From positions 32,001 to 96,000 of the forward strand of contig JBFWWG010000012.1 in the NCBI GenBank assembly GCA_050246315.1: a stretch of DNA of 64,000 nucleotides. The letters are read 5' to 3'. Below, piece after piece: positions 1-9,880 of the stretch (positions are counted from its first letter, which is position 1; each line of letters begins with the position of its first letter). The position numbers were made by a program, and so were the translations under genes. The DNA is from Nitrospiraceae bacterium (GTDB lineage Bacteria; Nitrospirota; Nitrospiria; Nitrospirales; Nitrospiraceae). The notes under the pieces were generated by a model that was not told where the DNA came from, did no database searches, and saw nothing but the letters and a program-made list of their open reading frames with translations.

Positions 1-113
1 AGCTCTACCGTCTCGTCGATTGCGCCCTGGAAAAAGAGCCGGCCCATCGATTCGCGAAGGCCGGCGACCTGAGTCGGTCATTGCGCGACTGCCTGCGGGC
101 GATGGCCGCCTGA
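1..113 (+). CDS. 3' end of a probable Ser/Thr protein kinase (partial, runs in from the window edge)
   Basis: Frame from nt 3 reads LYRLVDCALEKEPAHRFAKAGDLSRSLRDCLRAMAA*, resembling kinase subdomain XI (L.K.P..RF); followed by PP2C and FHA genes. Confidence 0.6.
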   Translation, partial: LYRLVDCALEKEPAHRFAKAGDLSRSLRDCLRAMAA

Positions 114-123
114 ACGTTGAGCT

Positions 124-987
124 GTGACCATGGCGTTATCGATCACTGCGGCAGCCCTGACAGACCGCGGCCTCCTGCGGGAACGGAACGAAGACAGCTA
201 TGCGATCGACCCGTCTCTGGGATGCTACCTGGTGTGCGACGGCATGGGCGGCCATGCGGCCGGCGACATCGCGAGCCGTCTCGCCGCCGACAGCATCTGT
301 TCCTACCTGCGCCACATGCCGGAAGGCCTCGACTGTCGGGCCGGCGCTCCCTGCGACGAATCCGTTTCCCCGGTCACAAGCCGGTTGAATAGTGCAATCC
401 GTTACGCCAACCGCGTCATCCATGGCGAGGGACTGCAACGGCCGGCCTGTGTGGGCATGGGCACGACCGTCGTTGCCGTGTTGATTCACGATCAGGTTGC
501 CTCCATCGCCCACGTCGGCGACAGCCGGCTCTACCTGGTGCGCGACCGGCGGCTTGACTCCCTGACCACGGACCATACGGTGGAGGGTGAACGAAGCCGC
601 TGGGACTGTGCCGGCGTCCGCCAGACCGACGGCCCCCGTTGGACCTCCGCGCTGACCCGGGCAGTGGGGATCGCCGACTCGGTCGAGGTGGAATTGTCGG
701 AAGCGCCGTTGATGCCCGGCGATGTCTTGCTCCTCTGCTCGGACGGCCTGACTCGTGAGGTCACGACGGACGCCATCTTGCACACCGTTCTCGACCGCCA
801 AATGCCGCAGCCGATCGCCGAACACCTGTTATCGCTGGCCAAGTCCGCCGGAGGGCGCGACAACATTACGGTCCTGGTCTTGGCGGTTCAAACCGAAACG
901 ACCCCAACCGTCTGGGATCGCATCCGACGCCGTTTCTGTCACCACACGATGTCCGTCACGATGAACAAGGAGAATCCCCATGCCTGA
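124..987 (+). CDS. PP2C/PrpC-type Ser/Thr phosphatase
   Basis: Motifs TDRG..RERNED, VCDGMGGHAAG, AHVGDSR, LCSDGL, GGRDNIT; start may be ATG at 130. Confidence 0.92.
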   Translation: MTMALSITAAALTDRGLLRERNEDSYAIDPSLGCYLVCDGMGGHAAGDIASRLAADSICSYLRHMPEGLDCRAGAPCDESVSPVTSRLNSAIRYANRVIHGEGLQRPACVGMGTTVVAVLIHDQVASIAHVGDSRLYLVRDRRLDSLTTDHTVEGERSRWDCAGVRQTDGPRWTSALTRAVGIADSVEVELSEAPLMPGDVLLLCSDGLTREVTTDAILHTVLDRQMPQPIAEHLLSLAKSAGGRDNITVLVLAVQTETTPTVWDRIRRRFCHHTMSVTMNKENPHA

Positions 988-1702
988 AGTCATTGCCGCC
1001 CATGCCAAACTGCTCCTGAAATCGAAGGAGGTCGCGATACAAGAAATCGACATCACGAAACCGACCTTTACGATCGGGCGAAACCCCGACAACGATGTCG
1101 TGGTAGACGATCCCACGGTCTCCGGGCACCATGCGCGCATCCTCAAAATCCAGGCGGCCTACTTCCTTGAGGATCTCAAGAGCACCAATGGCACCCTGCT
1201 GAACTCGAAGGCCGTGGACCGTCGCCAGTTACAGGATGCAGATGTCATCACGATCGGTCATGCTCGATTGGTCTTCCGCGATCAGAGTCCTGTCTCCTTG
1301 CAGCCTCCATTCACAGGTGCGATCGGCGCAACGGATCTGGACAGGACAATGGTCCTGACCGGGAAGACACCTCGGAGCTCAGTGCCGGCTTGTCCTCCCG
1401 CAAAGGTGGAGGTCCTCTCGGGCCGCACCGACCGGTCGGAATATCAGTTGACGAAACTCGTGACGGTGATCGGCTCGCAGGAGGACGCCACGATCCGGTT
1501 GACAGGATGGTTTGCCCCCAAAGTCGCGGCCATGATCGCCAGACGGAAGGAGGCCTGGACTCTCATCCCGTCCAACCACGGAAAGAAGGTGCTCCTGAAC
1601 CAGACTCGGGTGACCACGCAGGTGGAATTGAAGGACGGCGATCAAATCGACGTCGCGGGCACGACGTTGCGGGTTTCGTTGATCCTCCCCAAGGCGGCCT
1701 AA
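980..1702 (+). CDS. FHA-domain protein (two FHA-like domains)
   Basis: IGRNPDND..VSGHHA..DLKSTNGT FHA signature; second degenerate FHA at the C-terminus; overlaps the phosphatase stop. Confidence 0.88.
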   Translation: MPEVIAAHAKLLLKSKEVAIQEIDITKPTFTIGRNPDNDVVVDDPTVSGHHARILKIQAAYFLEDLKSTNGTLLNSKAVDRRQLQDADVITIGHARLVFRDQSPVSLQPPFTGAIGATDLDRTMVLTGKTPRSSVPACPPAKVEVLSGRTDRSEYQLTKLVTVIGSQEDATIRLTGWFAPKVAAMIARRKEAWTLIPSNHGKKVLLNQTRVTTQVELKDGDQIDVAGTTLRVSLILPKAA

Positions 1703-1749
1703 CTGTGTCGAGCCCTTGGCTGGAAGATCCGACGGCTGATCAGGTCGGA

Positions 1750-2364
1750 TCAGTCCAGCACGCGTTCTTGGATCAGCACCTCGGTGCAGGCGGAGGACAG
1801 ATCTTCCGCATGGGTACGCAAACAGCGCAAGATGGGACCACCGCGCATGGGCGTCTGCGGACAGAACCTCCGCACATCGGCACGGCACGACGCGAGGACG
1901 GCTCGGGCTCCATCACGAGGACGCGCCATCATCTCAACAGGGCGGCCCTGACAAGAGGGCGGCAGCAAACTGCCGTAGGTTCGCAGGCAATCTCGGAACC
2001 GCCCGCTACCCGGCTCTACTTCGCCGCACAACTTCCTGACTTCCTCGACGCAGTTTAACTCCAGGCTCGGCTCGAGCGAGAGCGCCGGTTGGTCGCGCGG
2101 AAGAGCCGGCGCTCCGGTGATATCCTGCGCCGGCACAGTCGGCCCCTCACCACGCGGATGCCTGTTCTCGGAACCCTGCCGGTCATCCGGCGCAATGACG
2201 AGGGATGGGCGAGACTCGACTCCGGACTCCAACCCGATGCCGGTCCAGGCGCTAAAAAGCGTGGTCGGCAGATTGACCCAGATCAGCGACCAAGCAATCC
2301 CCAACACGAAGAACGTGAGCACCCTGGCCGGCAACGACGATCGCCCGGGGAGAGGATCAGTCAT
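1750..2364 (-). CDS. Membrane-anchored protein with cysteine-rich (GLG1-like) repeats
   Basis: N-terminal hydrophobic helix; two C..E/DV.(K/R).C....G.G....CL......L...C repeats. Confidence 0.65.
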   Translation of the reverse strand: MTDPLPGRSSLPARVLTFFVLGIAWSLIWVNLPTTLFSAWTGIGLESGVESRPSLVIAPDDRQGSENRHPRGEGPTVPAQDITGAPALPRDQPALSLEPSLELNCVEEVRKLCGEVEPGSGRFRDCLRTYGSLLPPSCQGRPVEMMARPRDGARAVLASCRADVRRFCPQTPMRGGPILRCLRTHAEDLSSACTEVLIQERVLD

Positions 2365-2425
2365 GGGACACGCTCCCTCTCATGGCCGGTCGCGAGAACA
2401 CCGGCGCTCACCCACGAACTCCAGA

Positions 2426-3442
2426 TCAATTCTCCGGCGTTTCGACGATGTGATTCTCGAACTTGGTGCAGCCTTCGGCGAGCAGACGGTTGGTCAACAT
2501 TTCTCCCGGCCACTCGATGGGAAGATCCGCCGTAAAGACCCACACATCGGGGGAGGTCCAGACCGGGCCATGGTCTTCCGGCAATTCGGGATCGAACAGG
2601 TCGGTCCAGATCGGCATGTAGACTCCGTTACCGCACTGTGTATGGAGATGGACAATAGTCCGGGCGCGCACGGCCGGGTCCAATTCACGCCACACCGCTG
2701 CGGTTTCGTCGGCCAGCCGGTGCAGACGAACCGCATTCTGCGCGTCGTACAACGCATAGGCGGCATAGACAGGCGCCTCGATCATATGGGGCGCCTGCGC
2801 CAATTCCGCGCACTGTTCCGTCAACCCGGCCAAGAGTGCGCGCCGATCCTGCTCCTCCATGCCCTCGGGCAATGCCGGCTCCGTCGCCCCGATCAGCTCG
2901 AACAGCAGGAACGCGGTGTTTTCGACCGGAGGATGGAGTCGCGCCGCGACCGGTTGCGGCCGCTGGGATTCCGCCAACAACGACAGATGGTCATGGATCG
3001 ATTGCAGGCTGAGCAGGTCCAGAGTCGAGTCGGTGAGCAAGCGCGGCTCCACCGTGATGACCGTGCCGGGTGGCACGCGCAAGTACTGGTGCAGCAGGTT
3101 CGCGGTGGCGACCGGGTCGACTTTCAGGCCGAGCGGCAGGGTGAGGTTCGCCTGCAACGGCAGCGCCAAGGCGCCCATGACCGCATAGGTCGGCTTCTCG
3201 TCCGGATCGTGGACATCCATCATCGCCGAACAGGCCGCTTCGGCCAGCAGGTCGAACAGCCATTCGGCCATTTCTTCATCCAAGGCGGCCATGACCATGA
3301 GGAGTTCCTGCTCCCGACCCTGATCCAAAAAGGCCTGCAGCGTATCGACAGCCGCATCGTTGTCCCCATGATCGTGCCGGCGGGCGTTGATGAGGTGAAT
3401 CAGGTCCCGCGTGAGGGGATCGGGACGGGTCCAACTGAACAT
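2426..3442 (-). CDS. Hypothetical protein
   Basis: Long ORF with natural composition; AAGGAG RBS before MFSWTRP at 3442. Confidence 0.7.
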   Translation of the reverse strand: MFSWTRPDPLTRDLIHLINARRHDHGDNDAAVDTLQAFLDQGREQELLMVMAALDEEMAEWLFDLLAEAACSAMMDVHDPDEKPTYAVMGALALPLQANLTLPLGLKVDPVATANLLHQYLRVPPGTVITVEPRLLTDSTLDLLSLQSIHDHLSLLAESQRPQPVAARLHPPVENTAFLLFELIGATEPALPEGMEEQDRRALLAGLTEQCAELAQAPHMIEAPVYAAYALYDAQNAVRLHRLADETAAVWRELDPAVRARTIVHLHTQCGNGVYMPIWTDLFDPELPEDHGPVWTSPDVWVFTADLPIEWPGEMLTNRLLAEGCTKFENHIVETPEN

Positions 3443-3594
3443 GTGGCGCTCCTTCGAATCACGCGTCGGCTTGCACAGGATGGCGAGCCGACCCAAAATA
3501 TGTTGCCAAAGATTGAATGGAGAGGCAAGTTTCTCACAGTTTCATCATCGAGACATCCACATCGACACGTCCGCGAGTCGCGCCTCGCTCGTCG

Positions 3595-4008
3595 TTACTC
3601 GCCGATGATCTTGATCAGCACGCGCTTCTTTCGCCGCCCGTCGAACTCGCCGTAGAAGATCTGCTCCCATGGACCGAAATCCAACCGCCCGTTCGTCAGC
3701 GCCACGACCACTTCCCGCCCCATGAGTTGGCGTTTGATATGGGCATCGCCGTTGTCCTCTCCCGTCAGGTTATGACGATAGGCACCGGCCTGGGGCGCCT
3801 GCCGTTCAAGAAAATCGTCGTAATCCTGCAGCAGGCCCGGTTCGTCGTCGTTGATGTAGACGCTCGCCGTGATGTGCATGGCGTTGACCAGCACCAGCCC
3901 TTCCCGGATGCCGCTCTTCCGCACCGCGCCCTCCACCTGCGGCGTGATGTTCAGATAGGCGCGGCGGGTCGGCGTCTCGAAGGAAAGTTCTTCTCGATAC
4001 TGTTTCAT
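3595..4008 (-). CDS. yjbQ: YjbQ/UPF0047 family protein
   Basis: [33 protein letters not shown] motifs. Confidence 0.9.
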   Translation of the reverse strand: MKQYREELSFETPTRRAYLNITPQVEGAVRKSGIREGLVLVNAMHITASVYINDDEPGLLQDYDDFLERQAPQAGAYRHNLTGEDNGDAHIKRQLMGREVVVALTNGRLDFGPWEQIFYGEFDGRRKKRVLIKIIGE

Positions 4009-4247
4009 GACGAGCCACGGACGGTCCGTCGCACGATGATGCCTCACGCTCCGCCGGAGTTGCAAGTCCGCCGTCGCCGATGCAGACGTCGAACGGGAAC
4101 CGGATGATCGAACCCTGACCGGATGAGGGCCAACTCACAATCAGACGACTCATGACCTCGAACGAATGCGCATGGTGCCTTGCTGGCACTGAGGCCTTGC
4201 ATCGCTTATAATCACGAGACGACGGAAATTTTTCCTCAGGAACATCT

Positions 4248-5993
4248 GTGCCCACTCGCCGCCCGACAGTTCCCCACCTCTCGTCCAACGCGCGGACCGT
4301 ATTGCAACGGCGCTATCTCATGAAGAACGAGCGGGGACGTCTCATTGAAACACCGGCGCAGATGTTCTCCCGCGTAGCTACCAATATCGCCGGGGCGGAA
4401 CGGGGCTACCGCGTGCAAATGCCCCCTGCGCGTGTGGCCCGTTCGTTCTACGAGATGATGGCGAAACTGGAGTTTCTGCCGAACTCGCCGACACTCATGA
4501 ACGCCGGGGGTCGGTTGCAGCAACTGTCCGCCTGTTTTGTGCTCCCCGTCGCGGACTCGCTCGAATCCATCTACGAGACGCTCAAGCACCAGGCGCTGAT
4601 CCATCAATCCGGAGGCGGCACCGGCTTCTCCTTCAGCCGGCTTCGGCCAAAGGACGACGTGGTCGCGACCACGCACGGCATCGCCTCAGGCCCGGTGTCC
4701 TTCATGAGAATCTTCAACACCTCGACCGACGTCATCAAGCAGGGAGGCACCCGCCGCGGCGCCAACATGGGGATTCTCCGCGTGGACCATCCCGATATCT
4801 TGGAATTCATTCAGGCCAAGCAGCGTCCTGAGGCATTGACCAATTTCAACATCTCGGTCGGTGTCACGGATGCTTTTATGGAAGCCGTGGCCCGCCGGCG
4901 CGACTACCCCTTGATCAATCCGCGGACCAACAGGCTCGTGCGTCGGATCTCCGCGCAGATGGTTTTCGACACGCTCATCGACGCGGCCTGGACCAGCGGT
5001 GAACCGGGGATCATCTTCCTCGACACCATCAACCGGACCCAACCGACGCCGACCGTGGGGGAGATCGAAGCCACCAATCCGTGCGGCGAGCAACCCTTGT
5101 TGCCCTACGAGTCTTGCGTCTTGGGCTCGATCAACCTCGCCAAGTTCGTCGACGGGCCGTTACAGACCCGCCACATCGACTATGAACGGCTCGCCGAAAG
5201 GGTCCGTCTGGCCGTGAGGTTTCTGGACAATGTCATCGACATGACCCGATTCCCCTTGGAGGCGATTGCCAGGCTCACGACCGGTAATCGCAAGATCGGG
5301 CTTGGCGTCATGGGATTTGCCGACCTGCTGATCTCGCTGAACGTCCCCTACGACAGCGAAGAAGCGCTGAAGCTCGGCGAATCCCTGATGCGGTTCGTCC
5401 GCGAACATGCGCACGAGGCCTCTGGCGACCTGGCGCGGACGAGGGGGGTGTTCCCCAACTACGGGACGAGTCGTTTGAAGGAGACCGGGGAGCGCCGCCG
5501 CAACGCCACCGTGACGACCATCGCCCCGACCGGCACCATCAGCATCATTGCCGACTGCTCGGCGGGCATCGAGCCGCTCTACGGCGTGAGCTTCGTGCGG
5601 ACCGTCATGGATGATGTGCGCCTCACGAGCGTCCATCCCGAGTTCCTGAGGCTGGCGCGCCGTCACGGCATCGCGAGCGACGCGCTGCTCCGGAAGGTGT
5701 CCCAACAGGAATCGATTCAGCACCTGACTGAGATCCCGCCGGACCTGCGCCGGCTGTTCGTGACCGCGCACGACGTGAGCCCGGAACACCACGTGAGAAT
5801 CCAGGCCGCCTTCCAAAAATATAGCGACAGCGGCGTCTCCAAGACCATCAACCTCCCGACCGGCGCTTCACGGGCCGACGTGGCCGGGGCATTTCGCCTG
5901 GCCTACCAGTTGGGTTGCAAGGGGCTGACCGTGTTTCGCAACGGGAGCCGCGAAAGGCAAGTGCTCTCGTGCGCCAACATTCAATACTGCTGA
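4248..5993 (+). CDS. nrdJ: Class II (adenosylcobalamin-dependent) ribonucleotide reductase, short form
   Basis: FLPNSPTLMNAG, LSACFV, GGGTG, RRGANMG, TNPCGEQPL, TIAPTGT, SKTIN motifs; no nrdB nearby. Confidence 0.88.
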   Translation: MPTRRPTVPHLSSNARTVLQRRYLMKNERGRLIETPAQMFSRVATNIAGAERGYRVQMPPARVARSFYEMMAKLEFLPNSPTLMNAGGRLQQLSACFVLPVADSLESIYETLKHQALIHQSGGGTGFSFSRLRPKDDVVATTHGIASGPVSFMRIFNTSTDVIKQGGTRRGANMGILRVDHPDILEFIQAKQRPEALTNFNISVGVTDAFMEAVARRRDYPLINPRTNRLVRRISAQMVFDTLIDAAWTSGEPGIIFLDTINRTQPTPTVGEIEATNPCGEQPLLPYESCVLGSINLAKFVDGPLQTRHIDYERLAERVRLAVRFLDNVIDMTRFPLEAIARLTTGNRKIGLGVMGFADLLISLNVPYDSEEALKLGESLMRFVREHAHEASGDLARTRGVFPNYGTSRLKETGERRRNATVTTIAPTGTISIIADCSAGIEPLYGVSFVRTVMDDVRLTSVHPEFLRLARRHGIASDALLRKVSQQESIQHLTEIPPDLRRLFVTAHDVSPEHHVRIQAAFQKYSDSGVSKTINLPTGASRADVAGAFRLAYQLGCKGLTVFRNGSRERQVLSCANIQYC

Positions 5994-6074
5994 CTTCATA
6001 CCGGACCCCCGAGTGCCAAGCAGCCGTAAGCCGCGAAAGCCGGCCCTCTAACCCCGCACGATTTCAGCGGAAGT

Positions 6075-6103
6075 TTGACATGGCCGGATGAGGATGCTAT
6101 CAC
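6075..6103 (+). promoter_or_regulatory. Sigma70-type promoter
   Basis: TTGACA-17 nt-TATCAC with TG extension, upstream of the 6160 ORF. Confidence 0.6.
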
Positions 6104-6159
6104 AGCACACAAGAACGACTTTCGAGATCGAGTGTCACACATCCTACGAGAGGTGATCC

Positions 6160-6861
6160 ATGTTCGCTCATAGCGGGTGGTCAACAGGCGCCGCACAACT
6201 TCCGCATTGGAATCTGCTCTTTGCCCGAGCGCCGGAACCGGACCTTGAATTCGAAGAGGATGTGTTGGAAGAGGCGGGGTCGGGATCGGGTCAGCCCTCC
6301 TCCGCGAATAAGCCGCCGAAACGCAAGGGCAGCAGCCCGATGATGTGGATCCTGCTGCTCCTGTTCCTCGGGGGCGGCGCCTATGTCGCAATGGACCCGG
6401 ATATCGTCATGGACCTCCTCAATCCGCTGCTGGGCGAGCCGGTCTCGACACCGCCGCTCGCTCAAAGTCCGCCATCATCGAAGCCAACAACTCCTCGACC
6501 CGAACCGGTGACTCCTTCACCGGCGGCACAACCGACTCCGATGGACTCGGCGTCGGCGCCTGGGCCGCGTGCCATCCCTTCGCCTCCCCCGACGGTCGCT
6601 CCGGCGCCAACCGTCTCGGCCAGACCGTTTAGTGACCCACAATTCGGCGAAGGCCAGCGTGTCACCATCGCCGGCACAGCCGGACCGTTAATCCTGTCAC
6701 AGGATGCGGCAGGACGGCAGCCTGGGCCGTCGGTCAAGCCAGGAAGCACATTGATTGTCCTGGACGGCGATCTCCAAGCGACCGGCTGGGTCTATTCAGT
6801 GCGGACCGAGCAGGGCGCCAAGGGATGGGTTCCTGAAAGGATGCTGCGGCTGATCCCATAG
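6160..6861 (+). CDS. Membrane-anchored protein with Pro-rich linker and C-terminal SH3-like domain
   Basis: TM helix (WILLLLFLGGGAYVA), Pro/Ser-rich linker, W.Y.VRT..G.KGWVPE C-terminus. Confidence 0.7.
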   Translation: MFAHSGWSTGAAQLPHWNLLFARAPEPDLEFEEDVLEEAGSGSGQPSSANKPPKRKGSSPMMWILLLLFLGGGAYVAMDPDIVMDLLNPLLGEPVSTPPLAQSPPSSKPTTPRPEPVTPSPAAQPTPMDSASAPGPRAIPSPPPTVAPAPTVSARPFSDPQFGEGQRVTIAGTAGPLILSQDAAGRQPGPSVKPGSTLIVLDGDLQATGWVYSVRTEQGAKGWVPERMLRLIP

Positions 6862-6894
6862 CGAATCGCCAGCCTCCGCTCGACTGAAATGGCA

Positions 6895-7066
6895 CGAGTA
6901 GGCTCGACTTCGTGTGAACCAGCGGCTCATCGGGAGAAGCCCATCCGATGCTGACGCCGCTGGGGAAGCTCCCTCAGGCTGAGCCTCTTCGCGGTAGACC
7001 CATTGCATCAAGATAGGACCGCAATGGGTGCTCCACTCCGGCGGCGGACTTTTTCAGCATCTTGTT
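6895..7066 (-). repeat. Partial copy of a structured MITE-like interspersed repeat, homologous to 31251-31604
   Basis: Reverse complement begins CAAGATGCTGAAAAAGTCCGCC and shares hairpins and GAGCCGCTGGT.CACACGAAGT with 31255-31412. Confidence 0.7.
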
Positions 7067-7071
7067 TGAGG

Positions 7072-7102
7072 CGCCGGGGTTGCCCCAAGGACAACCCCGG
7101 CG
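7072..7102. terminator. Strong GC hairpin (terminator-like)
   Basis: GCGCCGGGGTTG-loop-CAACCCCGGCGC inverted repeat. Confidence 0.45.
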
Positions 7103-7228
7103 CTGTTCTGTGATTCCACCACGCACCCTCGAAGCTCCGACCGCCACATCCATCGACCCCTTCGTTTCGGCCTTCTCTCCTGCGCCGAGTCCTGTGCTAT
7201 ACTGCCCTCTCATTTCGAACTCCCAGCC

Positions 7229-7927
7229 ATGCTGCGCGCGATCATTTTCGATTTCGACGGTGTCATCGCCGATACCGAGCCCCTTCACTTCCGGGCCTTC
7301 CAGCAGGTCTTAGAAGGGATCGGCCTCTCGATGAGCGAGGCCGAGTATTACGCCGACTATTTGGGATTTGACGATCGAGGTTGTTTCATCACGGCCCTGG
7401 CCGCCAACGGACACCCGACACCAGCCGATACCATTCACTCCTTAATGGAGCGGAAAGCCGCCGCCTATTTGGACGCCGTGCGCCGGCACCTGGTCGTGCT
7501 GCCCGGCGTGCCGGCCTTCGTGCAGCAAGCCAGCCGGCAGTATCCGTTGGCTATCGCCTCCGGCGCGCTCCGACCCGAGATCGAACTGATCCTGCGCACG
7601 ATCGGCCTACGAGACTGTTTTCAGGAAATCACCAGCGCCGAGGACGTAGTGAGGGGCAAGCCGGACCCGGAACCGTTCCTGCTGGCGTTGGAACGTGTGA
7701 ATAAGTCCAGCAGGACGGCGGCGACGGCTCCGATCAAGCCAGGCGAATGTTTGGTCATCGAGGATTCCATTCCGGGCATCCGAAGCGGCAAGGCCGCGGG
7801 CATGAAAGTGTTGGCCGTGGCCAACACCCACGCGATCGGAGATTTGGCCGAGGCTCACGCCATCACACCCGGCCTGGACCAGGTCGATCTCCAAGAGCTG
7901 ATCGGGCGACTGTGGGGACCAGGCTGA
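7229..7927 (+). CDS. HAD-superfamily hydrolase (beta-PGM/CbbY-like)
   Basis: IFDFDGVIADTE motif I, KPDPE, VIEDS..G motifs; TG.TATACT -10 at about 7195-7203. Confidence 0.9.
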   Translation: MLRAIIFDFDGVIADTEPLHFRAFQQVLEGIGLSMSEAEYYADYLGFDDRGCFITALAANGHPTPADTIHSLMERKAAAYLDAVRRHLVVLPGVPAFVQQASRQYPLAIASGALRPEIELILRTIGLRDCFQEITSAEDVVRGKPDPEPFLLALERVNKSSRTAATAPIKPGECLVIEDSIPGIRSGKAAGMKVLAVANTHAIGDLAEAHAITPGLDQVDLQELIGRLWGPG

Positions 7928-8050
7928 CGCGTCATACGTCGCTGGTCGCTGGTCATCCGTCACGAATCGCCCTTACCAAGTGAATAGACGAATCGCCTCT
8001 GCCTTACCTACGATTGACGCAAGACGGGCGACGATTAACGAATATCGGCA

Positions 8051-8989
8051 ATGCGAATCTGCTCCTTACAGCCAGGCGCTACCGAGATCATCGCGGCCTT
8101 GGGATTGACGGATCACCTTGTCGCCCTGAGTCACGAGTGCGACTATCCCCCAACGATCACCGGCCTGCCGGTCGTCACCAGGTCGTTCAGCGCGCCTGCT
8201 CCTTCGTCCTGCCGCGAAATCGACCGATCCGTCGCGGAGCGGATGGCAGCGGACCAGCCGCTGTTCGAGATCGATGCCACTTCGCTCGCAGCCGCGAATC
8301 CGGATCTCATAATCCTGCAAGACCTCTGCCACATTTGCGGGATCACTCCCGACCACCTCGATCAAACGCTCAGTGGCCTGCCGACCAGACCGACGCTTAT
8401 CACGGTGGGAGGCTCCACATTGGAGGCCGTCTTCCACGACATCGTGCGGATCGGCCAGGCGGTAGGACGAACCGAGACGGCTGAGTTGCTGGTTGATGCC
8501 CTGCGCCGCCGGCTCGAAGCGGTGCGGCAGCGGCAGGCGGGCCGCGCGCGGCCACCCAAGGTCGTCTGTCTGGAATGGCTCGATCCATTCTATGTGGCAG
8601 GACACTGGACGCCCGAACTCGTGGCATTGGCCGGAGGACGGGATGTGCTGGGGACAGCCGGGGCGCCCTCTCGGAAAGTCGAGTGGCACGACCTGGTCGC
8701 CGCGGCGCCGGATCTGTTGCTGATCATGCCCTGTGGATTCACCCTCGAACGTACGGTCGACGAGTTTGACTCCCATTGCCCGGCCTTCCCCTGGGACCAA
8801 TTGCCGGCCGTCCATCGCCGACGTGTGTTTGCGCTCGACGGAAACGCCTATTTCTCCAGGCCCGGTCCCAGACTCATCGACGGGCTGGAGCTGCTGGAGG
8901 CCCTGCTGACGAAGGAGGACCTCGTCGTTCCTTTGCCGCCGGGGGCACGGCGGATCACCAACGTGCCGGCTCAGGGCCTCAGGGTGTAA
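8051..8989 (+). CDS. BtuF-like cobalamin/Fe-siderophore-binding protein
   Basis: RICSL.PGATEI..ALG, SHECDYP, CLEWLDP, FSRPGPR motifs. Confidence 0.82.
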   Translation: MRICSLQPGATEIIAALGLTDHLVALSHECDYPPTITGLPVVTRSFSAPAPSSCREIDRSVAERMAADQPLFEIDATSLAAANPDLIILQDLCHICGITPDHLDQTLSGLPTRPTLITVGGSTLEAVFHDIVRIGQAVGRTETAELLVDALRRRLEAVRQRQAGRARPPKVVCLEWLDPFYVAGHWTPELVALAGGRDVLGTAGAPSRKVEWHDLVAAAPDLLLIMPCGFTLERTVDEFDSHCPAFPWDQLPAVHRRRVFALDGNAYFSRPGPRLIDGLELLEALLTKEDLVVPLPPGARRITNVPAQGLRV

Positions 8990-8992
8990 GCG

Positions 8993-9880
8993 ATGACGCC
9001 GACCGAGGCTCAAGCCTACTGCACGACGCTCACCAAGCGGAGCGGCAGCAATTTCTACTACTCGTTCTTCTTTCTGCCGCGAGAGCGCCGTGAGGCGATG
9101 TACACCGTCTATGCCTTCTGCAAAGAGGTCGACAGCGCCGTGGACGAGCCGCCGGCGGGAAGCAACCCCCGGGAAGAACTGCGCCGATGGCGCCAGGAAC
9201 TGACCGCGGTCTACCACGGCCGCCCCACTCATCCCGTGATGATCAGCTTGGCAACCCATGCCAAACTGTTCGACATTCCGCAGGAGTTGTGCGAAGAACT
9301 CATCAATGGGGTTGAGATGGATCTCAGCCTGACCCGCTATCAGACATTCACCGATCTGTACCAATACTGCTATCGGGTCGCCTCGGTCGTGGGCCTGATC
9401 TGTCTCCGCATCTTCGGCGTCCAATCCCCCAAGGCCACGGCCTACGCCATCGATCTCGGTCTTGCCTTTCAAATGACGAATATCCTCCGCGACCTGGGGG
9501 TCGACGCGCGCAACGGCCGCATGTATCTCCCGCTGGAGGACTTGGACCGGTTCGGCTACCAGGAATCCGATCTGCTCGCGGAGCGGATGACGCCGGCCTA
9601 CTATGCGCTGATGCGATTCGAGTGCGAGCGAGCCCGTACATTTTATGACAAGGCTCGGCAGTCCCTGGAGGAGTTGCCGGCATCCGATCGACAGCTCCTG
9701 ACCGTCGCGGAAATCATGCGCGGAGTGTACAGCCGCATTCTGACGCGCATCGAATCCTCCAACTACCAGGTCTTCGGTCCGCGCATCCGCCTGTCGTCCC
9801 CTCACCGGCTGGGAGTCGCGGCGGCCATCTGGCTCCGGTCTCGGTTGCGATCTCATCTCCTCTCCCAGGCCTCGGCATGA
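8993..9880 (+). CDS. hpnD: Presqualene diphosphate synthase (squalene/phytoene synthase family)
   Basis: SGSNFYYSF, YAFC.EVDSAVD, YCYRVAS.VG, FQMTNILRD; adjacent to an HpnE-like gene. Confidence 0.88.
   Translation: MTPTEAQAYCTTLTKRSGSNFYYSFFFLPRERREAMYTVYAFCKEVDSAVDEPPAGSNPREELRRWRQELTAVYHGRPTHPVMISLATHAKLFDIPQELCEELINGVEMDLSLTRYQTFTDLYQYCYRVASVVGLICLRIFGVQSPKATAYAIDLGLAFQMTNILRDLGVDARNGRMYLPLEDLDRFGYQESDLLAERMTPAYYALMRFECERARTFYDKARQSLEELPASDRQLLTVAEIMRGVYSRILTRIESSNYQVFGPRIRLSSPHRLGVAAAIWLRSRLRSHLLSQASA

Noticed and set aside
4184..4201. TGGCAC...TTGCA sigma54-like site upstream of nrdJ
   Set aside because: The GG-to-GC spacing is 12 nt instead of 10
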